Shown: positions 1 through 11,652 of the stretch, piece after piece | How positions within the stretch are numbered: the stretch's first letter is position 1 | Layout: each line of letters begins with the position of its first letter | Assembly (NCBI GenBank): GCA_963818215.1 | Contig: CAWFRL010000007.1 | Coordinates: 2,587 to 66,586, forward strand | DNA from: Vicinamibacteria bacterium | GTDB lineage: Bacteria; Acidobacteriota; Vicinamibacteria; Vicinamibacterales; JAENWD01 | DNA: 64,000 bases | Direction: 5' to 3' | The notes under the pieces: model-generated | Database searches by the model: none | What the model was told of the DNA's origin: nothing | The model's input: only the letters and a program-made list of their open reading frames with translations | Position numbers and translations under genes: made by a program

Positions 1-1070
<1,070 letters not shown>

Positions 1071-1074
<4 letters not shown>

Positions 1075-2794
1075 CGAAGGTGGCAATCGGGTGCGCAGTC
1101 GGGTCCTTGGTACCGCTTAATCGGCTCGAACGGGCTCGGACTGCACAGCCGCGGCCGCTGGGCAGGCGGACCGTCACCTCGGTCCCGCGGCCCACTTCCG
1201 ACTCGACGACGACCTCGCCGCGATGGTCCTGGACGATGCGGTGGACGATGGCCAGGCCCAGGCCAGACCCTGGCCGAAGGAGCCGTGAAACGGCTGAAAC
1301 AGCGTGTCCAGCTGCTCGGCGGGGATCCCGACGCCCTGGTCGACCACCGCAAGGCCCACGTGGCCGTCGGTCGTCGGACGAGGGACGGGCGACCAGCCGA
1401 AGGGTGCCGCCGTCTGGCATGGCGCGCAGGCCGTTGGTGGCCAGGTTCCAGACGACCTGCCGGATCTGGTGCTCGTCGGCGTCGACGACCAGGCCGTCGG
1501 CCGGGCCATCGACCACGACCCGGTGTCCGGGCTTGAGCTCGGGGCTGTTGCGCAGCAGCGTCGCCGCGTCGGTGAGCACCCGCATCAGATCCACCGCCTT
1601 GGGCACGGCCGCCTGCGGCCGCGCGTAGGCCAGAAACGAGCGGATCGTCTCGTTGAGCCGGTCCGACTCGCGCAAGACGATGTCCATCAGGCTGGCCTGC
1701 TCGTCGGTCAGCGACAGCTCCGCCCGCAAGACCTGAATCGATCCGCGCATCGACGCCAGGGGATTGCGAATCTCGTGGGCGATGCCGGCGGCCATCTCGC
1801 CGACGGCGGCCAGGCGCTGCCGTCGTCGGGCCTCGTGCTCGAGCCGTCGGATCTCGGTGACGTCCTGAAACGTCAGGAGGTAGCCGGCAGGGCCATCGGG
1901 CGTGACCAGGTGCGCCGCGCTCAAGCCAATCTCGCGACGGCTTCCATCGGCGGTGCGATACGAGTAGTCGGCGCGCTGGCTCTCGGCGCCGCCCAGTTCG
2001 GCATCGAGCAGCTCGGCAAACTCGGCGGGACCTGCAGGATCTCGGCCGCCCGGCGTCCGATGGCGCGCTGCGGCCGGCAGGGCCGTGATCTGCTCGGCCG
2101 CCCGGTTCAGGCTGACGACCCGTCCGGCGCGGTCGGTCGTGATGAGGCCGCTCGTCAGGCTCTCGATGACGTGCTCGTTGAAGGCCTGCAGGTCCGCCAG
2201 CGCCGTCGAGGCCACCGCCAGCCGGTCGTCGGCGCGCTGCAGCCGCTCGGCCAGCGATCCGGACAGCAGCGCCACGGCCACAAACGCGATGGCATTGGCG
2301 GCGACGGTGTAGGACGCCACGCGGATCGGCGGCAGGAACGGCCGCACGTCGGCGATCCACCCGCCGCCGATGTACCCGATCCGCCGGCGTACTGATGCAG
2401 CACGAGCGCGCTGTACAGCAGCGCGCTCAGCAGCGCGACGCGACGCGCGCCCCGGCGCATCTGCACCGCGGCCGCGCCGACGATCGGCAGCACGTAGAGC
2501 AGCTGGAAGTAGCTGGTCATGCCGCCGGTGAAGTGAATGAAGGCGGTGACGGTGAGCGACGTCGCCGGCAAACTGCAGCGTCACCAGCCACGGCGAACGG
2601 TCGATGAACCGCAGCGTGATCGCGTAGATCACGCTCAGGCCGTAGGTCAGCCCGATCAGGAAGAAGAACGGGTCGACGGCCAGCGTGCCGGGGGCGTTGA
2701 CCTGAAAGACCACCGCCGAGCCGAGCAGCAACGTGCTGACGACGACACGCGAGCCGATCAGCCAGACCAGTCGGCGCCGGCTGTCGGATGTCAT
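1071..2794 (-). CDS. pilS: sensor histidine kinase, PilS-like (polytopic N-terminus, PAS, HisKA, HATPase); several frameshifts
   Basis: N-terminal TM block ([49 protein letters not shown]). H-box [17 protein letters not shown]-boxes VVDQGVGIP and [35 protein letters not shown]. The pieces are spread over three frames. Confidence 0.8.
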
Positions 2795-2814
2795 GAGACC
2801 TGACGCACTTGCGA

Positions 2815-4030
2815 TCAGGTGAGCTTGCTGATCATGTCGAAGATGGGCATGTACATCGCGACCACGATGCCGCCGACGATCACGCCCAGAAACGCGATCA
2901 TCACCGGCTCCATCAACGTGAGCATGCCGGCGACGGCCGTGTCGACTTCCTCTTCGTAGAAGTCGGCGATCTTGCTCAGCATCGTGTCGAGCGCGCCGGT
3001 GGCCTCGCCGACGCCGATCATCTGGACCACCATCGGCGGAAAGACGTTGGTGTCCTTGAGCGGGGCCGCGATGGTGTTGCCGCCCTCGATGCTCTTGCGC
3101 GTCGCCAGAATCGCGTCCTCGACCACGGCGTTGCCCGAGGTGCGGGCGGTGATGTCGAGGCCGTCGAGAATCGGCACGCCCGAGCTGATGAGGGTCGACA
3201 GGGTGCGGCAGAACCGCGCCACGGCGATCTTGCGCATGATGATGCCCAGGATCGGCAGCTTCAGCACGATGCCGTCGACGACGCGCCGGCCCTTCTCCGT
3301 GGCGTAGTAGCTCTTGAACGCCCAGCCGGCGGCGCCCATGGCAATCAGGCCGATCCAGCCGTAGCGCACCAGCCCGTTGCTCAACCCGATGACGACCCGC
3401 GTGGGCAACGGCAGCTCGGCGCCCAGGCTCGCAAACATCGCGCCGAAGGTCGGGATGACTTTCCACAGGATGACGCCGACGACCACGCCGGCGATGACGA
3501 TGACGGCGACGGGATAGACCATCGCCGACTTGACCTGGCCCTTCAGCTTGACGTTCTTCTCGATGTACGTCGCCAGGCGCTTGAGGATCGTGTCGAGGAT
3601 GCCGCCGGCCTCGCCTGCGGCGATCATGTTCGTGAACAGGGGGTCGAACGTCTTCGGGTGCTTGCGCATCGCGTCGGCCAGCGTCTGGCCGTTTTCGACG
3701 TCGCCCCGCGTCTGGAGGATCGTCGCCGCGAAGTTGGCGTCCTCTTCCTGGCTGCCGAGGATCTCGAGACACTGCACCAGCGGCAGGCCGGCGTCGATCA
3801 TGACCGAGAACTGCCGCGTGAAGATCGCGAGGCTCTTGGCCGAGACGCCCTTCCCCAGCTTGCCCTTCTTCGCGCCGGCCTCGGCCTTCGCCCTTGACGG
3901 GCGTCACCTTGGTCACGAGGACCTGCTCGCGCCGCAACATGGCCGTCACGGCGTCGATGGTGTCGGCGACTCGCTCTCCGGCGATGTTCTCGCCAGACCT
4001 GGTGCGTCCCGTAAAGGCAAACGTCGGCAT
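2815..4030 (-). CDS. pilC: type IV pilus platform protein PilC (GspF family); one frameshift near 3885
   Basis: ORF 2815-3801 is a typical GspF/PilC (two T2SSF repeats, [31 protein letters not shown]). The N-terminus [19 protein letters not shown] starts at 4030 in another frame. Confidence 0.9.
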
Positions 4031-4089
4031 GCTGGTCCTCTGGAAACCTCCCCCGCTATATCGGCGAATCGCGGCTGCCGACTGCAGTA

Positions 4090-4111
4090 GGGGCGCGCGC
4101 GCGCGCGCCCC
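4090..4111 (-). other. perfect 22-nt GC-only palindrome (GGGG(CG)7CCCC) in the pilT-pilC spacer; possible attenuator hairpin with no U tract
   Basis: ggggcgcgcgcgcgcgcgcccc read directly, 10 nt downstream of the pilT stop. Confidence 0.3.
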
Positions 4112-4120
4112 GACTGGCGT

Positions 4121-5257
4121 CTAACGTTTGAACGCCGTCGGACGCCACGGCGGCCGCAGGTTCGGCCGGTTCAGACCGGCGCCCTGCACGACCCCGACAC
4201 CCCGGTTGATCATCTCCTGCAGCTCGTCGCGGTTCGAGCTGGCCAGCATCGCGGTCTCGAGCGTGATCTTGCCGGCCATGTGCAGGCTGGCCAGCGACTG
4301 GTTGGCCGTCTGCATGCCCACCTTTTCCTGCCCGGTCTGCATCGCCGAGTAGATCTGGTGCACCTTGTCTTCGCGAATCAGGTTCCGGATGGCCGGCGTC
4401 GGCACCATGATCTCGAGCGACACGGTACGGCCGCCACCGACCTTCGGGAGCAGCGCCTGGCAGACGATGCCTTCGAGCACCAGCGACAGCTGCGTGCGGA
4501 TCTGGCCCTGCTGGTGCGCCGGGAAGACATCGATGATGCGGTTGATCGTCTGGCTGGCCGAGTTGGTGTGGAGCGTGCCGAACGTCAGGTGGCCCGTCTC
4601 CGCGATGCGCAGGGCGGACTCGATGGTCTCGAGGTCGCGCATTTCGCCGATGAGCACGACGTCGGGATCTTCGCGCAGGGCGGCGCGCAGCGCCAGCGTG
4701 AAGCTCTGTGTGTCGCTGTGCACTTCGCGCTGGTTGACCAGACACCCCTTGTGCGGGTGGATGTACTCGATCGGATCCTCGATGGTGAGGATGTGCTCCT
4801 TCCGCTCGGTGTTGATCTTGTCGATCATCGCGGCCAGCGTGGTCGACTTGCCGCTGCCGGTGGGCCCGGTGACCAGGACCATTCCGCGAGGCCGATCGGC
4901 CAGCGTGGCCAGCACCTTGGGCAGGCCCAGTTCGTCGAACGTGCGGATGCGCTCGGGGATCAACCGGTAGACGGCCGCCACGGCGCCGCGCTGGTTGAAC
5001 ATGTTGCAGCGGAAGCGCGCCATCCCCTTGATGCCGAACGAGAAGTCGAGCTCCAGCGTCTCCTCGAAGCGCTTCTTCTGCGCGTCGGTGAGGACGCTGT
5101 ACGCCAGCTGCTTGGTGTCGGCCGGCGACAGCTCCGGGAACTCCAGCCGTTCCAGCTTGCCGTGCACGCGCACCTGCGGCGGCGTCGCGGTAGTCAGATG
5201 CAGGTCCGACCCGTTCAGGTCGACCGTCGTCTTCAGCAGTTCAGGCAGCGTTGGCAT
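4121..5257 (-). CDS. pilT: twitching motility ATPase PilT (intact, 378 aa)
   Basis: Uninterrupted ORF with Walker A GPTGSGKSTT, AIRNLIREDK, and the PilT-type N-terminus LHLTTATPPQVRVHG. Confidence 0.95.
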   Translation of the reverse strand: MPTLPELLKTTVDLNGSDLHLTTATPPQVRVHGKLERLEFPELSPADTKQLAYSVLTDAQKKRFEETLELDFSFGIKGMARFRCNMFNQRGAVAAVYRLIPERIRTFDELGLPKVLATLADRPRGMVLVTGPTGSGKSTTLAAMIDKINTERKEHILTIEDPIEYIHPHKGCLVNQREVHSDTQSFTLALRAALREDPDVVLIGEMRDLETIESALRIAETGHLTFGTLHTNSASQTINRIIDVFPAHQQGQIRTQLSLVLEGIVCQALLPKVGGGRTVSLEIMVPTPAIRNLIREDKVHQIYSAMQTGQEKVGMQTANQSLASLHMAGKITLETAMLASSNRDELQEMINRGVGVVQGAGLNRPNLRPPWRPTAFKR

Positions 5258-5283
5258 GGCTCAATCCTCATCGTGAAATCCGT

Positions 5284-5318
5284 AACTCGTCAATCTGCAA
5301 TCTGCAATCTGCAATCGT
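5284..5318. repeat. heptamer tandem repeat (CAATCTG)x3 plus degenerate flanking units, in the pilB-pilT spacer
   Basis: aactcgt caatctg caatctg caatctg caatcgt. On the mRNA strand this reads (CAGATTG)n, about 35 nt upstream of the pilT ATG. Confidence 0.9.
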
Positions 5319-5322
5319 CGAT

Positions 5323-7076
5323 TTACTTGACGGTCTCCCTCGCCACTTCTTCGACCGTCGTCATTCCCGCCTTCACCTTGCGCAGCCCGCTCTGGCGGAG
5401 CGTGATCATGCCCTCTTCGATCGCCTTCCGCCGCAGCTCGAGGGCGGAGGCGCCGACCAGGACGAGCTCACGCAACTCATCGGTCACTTCGAGCACTTCA
5501 TACAGTCCGACGCGGCCCTTGTAGCCGGTCTTGTTGCACTTCTCGCAGCCGGCGCCCCGCATCGGGACGACGCGTTTCGGCGTCTTCCGGGGTGAAACCG
5601 GCCTGCACCAGCGCCGGCGGCGGCAGGGGGTGCGGCTCCTTGCAGTTCTGGCAGATGCGCCGCGCCAGGCGCTGGGCGCAAATCAGGTTCACCGACGAGG
5701 CCACCAGGAACGGCTCGATGCCCATGTTCATCAGCCGGTTGACCGTGCTGGGCGCGTCGTTGGTGTGCAGGGTGGAGAGCACCAGGTGGCCGGTGAGCGC
5801 CGCCTTGACCGCGATCTCGGCCGTCTCGAAGTCGCGGATCTCGCCGACGAGGATGATGTTGGGGTCCTGGCGCAGGAACGACCGCAGGGCCGCGGCGAAG
5901 TTGAGGCCGATGTTCTCGCGCACCTGCACCTGGTTGATGCCCGGCAGGTTGAACTCGACCGGGTCCTCGGCGGTCATGATGTTGGTGTCGGACTTGTTGA
6001 TGCGCGAGATCGACGAGTAGAGCGTGTTGGTCTTGCCGCTGCCGGTCGGGCCCGTGACCAGCACCATGCCCCACGGCTTCGAGATCGCGAACTCGAACTT
6101 GCTGAGCGACTCCTGCTCGAAGCCAAGCTTGGTCATGTCGAGCATCAGCTTGTCCTTGTCGAGCAGACGCATGACGATCTTCTCGCCGAACAGCGTCGGC
6201 AGGCAGCTGACGCGGAAGTCGATGTCTTTGGCCGCGCCGTTGTCGGCAAAGCGGATCTTGATGCGGCCGTCCTGCGGCAGGCGCTTCTCCGCGATGTCGA
6301 GCTTCGACATGATCTTGATGCGCGACGATGATCGCATCGCGATACTTCATCGGCGGCGCCATGATGTTGTAGAGGATGCCGTCGATGCGGTAGCGGACCC
6401 GGTACTCCTTCTCGTAGGGCTCGATGTGGATGTCGCTGGCGCCCTTCTGGATCGCCGACATCAGGATGACGTTGACCAGCTTGATGACGGGCGCTTCCTC
6501 GCCCTGCCGCTGCAGCGCCTCGGCGCTGATCTCCTCGAGCTCGGCCAGCACCTCGACGTCGCCCGCATCGTCGAGCGTCGGGCATCTCCTCGAGCGCCTT
6601 GGTCGCCATGTCCAGCGCGCTCGGGCCGGTCGTCCACCTTCTTTGACGGCGCGACGACGTAGTACTTCTCCAGCGCGTCGACGACGGCCCCTTCCGAGGC
6701 CACGACCGGCTCGACGTTGTAGCCCGTCATGAACTTGATGTCGTCCATGGCGAACACGTTGGTCGGGTCGGTCATCGCGATCGTCAGCGTGGCGCCGGAT
6801 CGCGACAGCGGGATGATCTGGTACTTGTGGCAGGTCTCGCCCGGGATCAGCTTGATCACGCCCGGGTCGATCTCGAACTGGGTGAGGTTGATGGAGGGAA
6901 CGCCGTACTGCTTGCTGAGCAGCGCCGTGATGTCTTCGTCCTTGACGAACCCGAGCTTCACCAGATTGAGGCCGAGCTTGCCTCCGTGGGCCTTCTGGTA
7001 CGTCGAGCACCTCCTCGAGCTGCTCGGGGGTGATGCGCTTCTCCTTGAGAAGCAGTTCGCCAATCCGGACCGGCAT
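5323..7076 (-). CDS. pilB: type IV pilus assembly ATPase PilB (GspE family); at least 3 frameshifts
   Basis: N-terminal T2SSE_N domain ([40 protein letters not shown]). Core has [14 protein letters not shown] and tetracysteine CQNCKE / [19 protein letters not shown]. The fragments are ORFs 6461-7063, 5498-6337 and 5323-5562. Confidence 0.9.
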
Positions 7077-7078
7077 AA

Positions 7079-8146
7079 TCAGAACATCACATGGGCCGAC
7101 AGGCCCCAGCCGCGGCGCCGTTGGGCGCCGGCGACACCCGACACATCGAGAAACAATCCGCCCGGCACCGCCACGCTGACCCCGCCGGTCGCCGCCGGGC
7201 GCGCCTGCGCCGGCCGTGCTCGCTTCAACGCCGCCGCGCACCGCGACACGGCGCCCGGCCAGCCATCGTTCGACGCCGGCGCCGACGCCGCGCCAGGTGC
7301 CGGCCACCTCGTCGTCGCGCGTCAGGTCGGCGTCGGCGGCAACGACCCACGACTGACGCCCGGCACGGTCGGCGTCGGCGACAACCGCCACGCCCGCCCG
7401 GACCCGCCGATCCAGCGTCCAGCTGACGCCGTCGACGCCGGTAAACGTCGGGGCCGCCAGATTGCTTGCCGACAGGCCCAGCCGCACACGCGCCAGCCGC
7501 ACCAGCACCCCCGCATCGACGTCGCCCGTGGTCGCCGTGGCCCGCGTGGCATCGGCGGCTCGGTCAAACGCCTCGTCAATGGACCCGCCGACCGACGCCG
7601 GCCGAGGACACCCCGCCCCAGACGAGCCTCGCCGTCACGCCCACGACGACCGCGTCGCCGAGCGACTGCGCGAGGGAGACGCCGAAGTGCTGTGTCAGGA
7701 GCGACTGAGCCGCTCGGAACTCGTCCCCCCTCTTGTCGGCCGGCCGAGGGCCCCGCTGTAGGCACCTCGTTCCAGGCGCCACTGGTGCACTCGTGTGAAG
7801 CTGAGGGCCGCTACCGGGAACGCCGCCGCCACCAGCAACGCCCGGTCCTGCCCGGCAGTGCTCGCGTCTTCAATCGGCCGATCGGGGATGGAATTGAGCG
7901 CCGCGAAGTCGGCGACGCCATCAAAGATGAGCGTGGCCGGCAAGCCCGCCGGATTCCACCACGTCGCGCTGGCATCGTCGGCCACCGCGACAAAGGCCCC
8001 GCCCATGCCCCGGGCGCGTGCGCCGACCAGCTCGAAACCCTGGGCCTCGAGCGGTTGACGCGGAGGCCATCGCGACCACGCCGCCGAGGACGAGTGGCGC
8101 CCACAAGCGCTGGACGAGCGTGGAAAACGCGCAGAAGTGATATCAT
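7079..8146 (-). CDS. putative outer-membrane beta-barrel protein (FadL/PorV-like N-terminal motif); many frameshifts
   Basis: Signal-like LVLGGVVAMASASTAQG, then GMGGAFVAVADDASATWWNPAGL. The last residues ...WGLSAHVMF end in Phe, as in barrel proteins. The stop lies 2 nt before the pilB start. Confidence 0.5.
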
Positions 8147-8295
8147 AGAGATAGCATCCGGTGTCCGAAATCGGGAAACATGGGAAGCCCAGAGCCCGTA
8201 TATACGCTTTGGGTTTCGCGCGTCGCGCCGACGCGCGGGAAAACCGCCAACCGTCCCCTCAATTTCGACGCCCGGCACATCACGGTACACGCATC

Positions 8296-9054
8296 ATGAG
8301 CGACAACGTGTCTTCGGGGTCTCTGACTGCGCCAACGGCAACCTCCGGCGGCGATCACCTGCTTGCGCGGCTGGTCGGCGTCATCTTCTCGCCGCAGGCG
8401 ACCTTTGCGCGGATCGTCGCGCAGCCGCGGTGGCTGGGTGCGCTGGCGCTGGTCACGGTGGTCGATCAGCCTGATTACGTTCACGTTCCTGAGCACGGAG
8501 GCCGGCCAGACGGCCTGGCTGGATCAGCAGGTCCGGCAGTCGGAGGCGTTCGGGCAGCCCTCTCGACGAGAAGGCCTACGAGCGGCTGGAAAAGTTTGCG
8601 CCGAACGTCCGCTATGTCGGCGCGCGGGTTCACGCTCGTCATCGTGCCGATCATGACGGTCGTCATCGTCGGGCATCCTGCTGGCGATTTTCAACGCGCT
8701 GCTGGGCGGATCGGCAAGCTTCAAGCAGGTGGCGGCGGTCCTGAGCCACGCCGGCGCCATCTCGCTCGTGCAGCAGCTGTTCATTGCTCCGTTGAACTAC
8801 GCGCGGGAGTCGATGAGCTCGGCCACCAATCTCGGGCGTGTTCGTGCCGTTTCTCGACGAGTCCAACATCGTCAGCCGCTTTCTTGGCACAATTGATCTC
8901 TTCATCGTCTGGTGGCTGATCGTGCGTGGCCATCGGGCTGGGCGTGCTCTATCGTCGGAAGACCGCCCCGATTTTCTGGTCGTTCATGGGAGTGTACGTC
9001 GTCATCGCGCTCGTCATCGCGCTCGTGATGCGAGGCGCCTCCGGAGGAGCGTAG
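8296..9054 (+). CDS. Yip1-family membrane protein; about 4-5 frameshifts
   Basis: LLARLVGVIFSPQATFARIVAQPRWLGALALVTVV, FTLVIVPIMTVVIV, LGTIDLFIVWWLIV, IFWSFMGVYVVIALVIALVM. The pieces are spread across frames. Confidence 0.6.
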
Positions 9055-9056
9055 CC

Positions 9057-10415
9057 TTGTCCCGTAAGAAGAAATGGTTGATTGGCATCGGGGTCGTCCT
9101 GGTGGGCGCGGCGACGGCCGGCGCGAATTTCTACTTCAAGAGAGACACCTCCACGAGCGTCACGGTCGAGGCGCTGAAGAAGCGGAACCTGACGCAGCTG
9201 GTGACGGCGTCGGGCAAGATCCAGGCGAAGCGTTTCGTCAACATCAGCGCGGTGCAGATGGGCCGCGTCACCAAGCTGGCCGTGGAAGAGGGCGACCGCG
9301 TCAAGGCGGGCCAGCTCCTGCTCGAGATCGATCCCAACACGCTGCGCGGCACGGTGCAGCGGGGCGAGGCGGCGGTCGAGGGCGCACGTGCAGGCCTGGC
9401 GCAGGCCCGCGTCAACGTCGAGACCGCCAAGGCGAACCTGCAGCTCGCCCGCGACAACGCCAAGCGCCAGCGCGACCTGTGGGCGCAGGGGCTGACGACC
9501 AAGGAGCTGCTCGATCGGGCGGAAAGCGAGCTGAAGGTACGTGAAACCGAGCTGCAGGCGCGCGAGACCGCGATCTCCTCGGGCCAACAGATGATCCGGC
9601 AGGAGAGCGCGCAGCTGTCCACGAGCCAGTACAACCTGCGGCAAGTGACGCTGCTGGCGCCGTTTGACGGCATCATCACGCGCCGCAACATCGAGGAGGG
9701 CGAAAACGTCGTCGTCGGGACGATGAACAACGCGGGCTCGCAGCTGATGACGCTGGCCGACATGTCGATCATCGAGGCGGAGGTCGAGGTCGACGAGACC
9801 GAGATCCCGTCGGTGCAGATCGGTCAGACGGCCAAGATCACGATCGACGCGCTGCCCGACAAGTCCTTCACAGGGAAGGTCACCGAGATCGGCAACAGCC
9901 CTATCCAGACGGCAGCGGCCCAGGCCGGACAACAGGCCACGAACTTCAAGGTGACCGTGACCATCGACGGCCAGATTCCCGAGGTGCGTCCCGGCTTCAC
10001 CTGCTCGGCCGAGATCACGACGGCGACTCGCACCGACTCGCTTGCCGTGCCGATTCAGGCGATGGCCGTTCGCGAGCTGGTGTTCGATCAGAAGGGCGAG
10101 ATCGTCCGTGAGAAGCGCGACGAAAAGGCCAGGCGCAAGCCGCGAAGCGTCGAACCGACGGCCTCGGCCGCCGAACTGCCGCCGGGACAGACGCGCAAGG
10201 AGACCGAGGGCGTGTTCGTGATGCGCGACAAGCAGGCGCTCTTCCTGCCCGTGAAAGTCGGCATCGCCGGCGACAAGTACTTCGAGGTGCTCTCGGGGCT
10301 GAAGGCCGGCGACGAGGTGATTACCGGTCCGTTCGCCAACGTCCGCAACCTTCGTGACGGCGACGACGTGAAGCTGGACGAGAAGGCACAGCCGGGCAAG
10401 ACCGACAAGAAGTAG
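9057..10415 (+). CDS. HlyD/MacA-type periplasmic adaptor subunit (intact; TTG start inferred)
   Basis: N-terminal anchor KKKWLIGIGVVLVGAATAG, long coiled-coil hairpin, barrel-sandwich segments (LLAPFDGIITRRNIEEGENV). Starts 2 nt after the Yip1 stop. Confidence 0.85.
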   Translation: MSRKKKWLIGIGVVLVGAATAGANFYFKRDTSTSVTVEALKKRNLTQLVTASGKIQAKRFVNISAVQMGRVTKLAVEEGDRVKAGQLLLEIDPNTLRGTVQRGEAAVEGARAGLAQARVNVETAKANLQLARDNAKRQRDLWAQGLTTKELLDRAESELKVRETELQARETAISSGQQMIRQESAQLSTSQYNLRQVTLLAPFDGIITRRNIEEGENVVVGTMNNAGSQLMTLADMSIIEAEVEVDETEIPSVQIGQTAKITIDALPDKSFTGKVTEIGNSPIQTAAAQAGQQATNFKVTVTIDGQIPEVRPGFTCSAEITTATRTDSLAVPIQAMAVRELVFDQKGEIVREKRDEKARRKPRSVEPTASAAELPPGQTRKETEGVFVMRDKQALFLPVKVGIAGDKYFEVLSGLKAGDEVITGPFANVRNLRDGDDVKLDEKAQPGKTDKK

Positions 10416-10422
10416 CACGAAC

Positions 10423-11649
10423 GTGATTCAAATCATCGAAGCGGTCCGCATCGCGCTCTACTCGATCTGGGCGAACAAGATTCGCTCGATCATGATGATC
10501 CTCGGCAACGTCGTGGCCGTGACGTCCATCATCGCGGTCGTGTCGTTGATTCAGGGGATGAACGCGTACGTCTCCGACGCCATCATGCGCGACATCGGCG
10601 TCGGCTCGTTCAAGGTCGAGAAGGTCGGCTTCATCACCGACGAGGACGAGGAACGCAAGGCCTGGCAGTCCCGCCCGGACGTCACCAAGCTCGACGCCGA
10701 CGCCATCAGCGACTTCAGCCCCGCCATCTCGGCGGTCATGGCCGAGACCGGCGCCCGGGCCAACATCACGTTCCACGACACGATGCTCGAAAACACGCGC
10801 GTGCGTGGGGTGACGTCGGAGTACGACGAATTCAGCGGCTACGCCGCCGAACGCGGCCGGCTGCCGAGTCGCACGGAAGTCGAGCGCGGCCGCCCGGTGG
10901 CCCTTCTCGGGTGGGACACCGCCGACAAGCTGTTCAAGGACCGCAACGCCGTCGATGCGATGATCCAGATCAACGGCATGCACTTCAAGGTCGTGGGCGT
11001 CAGCGAGAAGAAGGGCTCGATGTTCGGCAACTCGCAGGACGAGTTCGTGCTGATTCCGCTGGGCGCGTTTCACAGGCTCTTCGGGTCTCGCCGCTCGCTC
11101 GAGCTCACCGTGAAGTCGGCCGACCCCGGCAACGTCGAAGCGGCGATGGACGAGGCGCGCATCGCGCTGCGCGTCCAGCGTCACCTGCGGCCGCGAGACG
11201 AGGACAACTTCGGCTTTGTCACGTCGGACGCGCTCCTCAGCTTCTGGAGCAACTTCAGCGGCGGCATCTTCTCGATCCTGATCGGCGTCGTCTCGCTGTC
11301 GCTCGTCGTCGGCGGCGTGGTGATCATGAACATCATGCTCATGGTCGTCTCCGAACGCACGCGCGAGATCGGCCTGCGCAAGGCGCTCGGCGCCCGGCGG
11401 CGCGACATCGTCTGGCAGATTCTCACCGAGTCGACGACGCTGTCGATCGTCGGCGGCGTGCTCGGCACGCTGTTCGGCTTCGTCCTCGCCATGATCATCG
11501 CGGCGCTGTCGCCGCTGCCCGCCGCGATCGAGCCATGGTCGATCCCCCTCAGCCTGGGCATGACGGCGGGCGTCGGGTTGTTCTTCGGACTCTATCCGGC
11601 CATCCGCGCCGCCAGCCTCGATCCGATCGAGGCCCTGCGGAGGGAGTAA
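10423..11649 (+). CDS. ABC transporter permease, MacB/FtsX type, no ATPase domain (intact, 408 aa)
   Basis: N-terminal TM, large periplasmic domain, C-terminal FtsX block (ERTREIGLRKALGARRRDIVWQILTES ... YPAIRAASLDPIEALRRE). Confidence 0.9.
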   Translation: MIQIIEAVRIALYSIWANKIRSIMMILGNVVAVTSIIAVVSLIQGMNAYVSDAIMRDIGVGSFKVEKVGFITDEDEERKAWQSRPDVTKLDADAISDFSPAISAVMAETGARANITFHDTMLENTRVRGVTSEYDEFSGYAAERGRLPSRTEVERGRPVALLGWDTADKLFKDRNAVDAMIQINGMHFKVVGVSEKKGSMFGNSQDEFVLIPLGAFHRLFGSRRSLELTVKSADPGNVEAAMDEARIALRVQRHLRPRDEDNFGFVTSDALLSFWSNFSGGIFSILIGVVSLSLVVGGVVIMNIMLMVVSERTREIGLRKALGARRRDIVWQILTESTTLSIVGGVLGTLFGFVLAMIIAALSPLPAAIEPWSIPLSLGMTAGVGLFFGLYPAIRAASLDPIEALRRE

Positions 11650-11652
11650 TCG

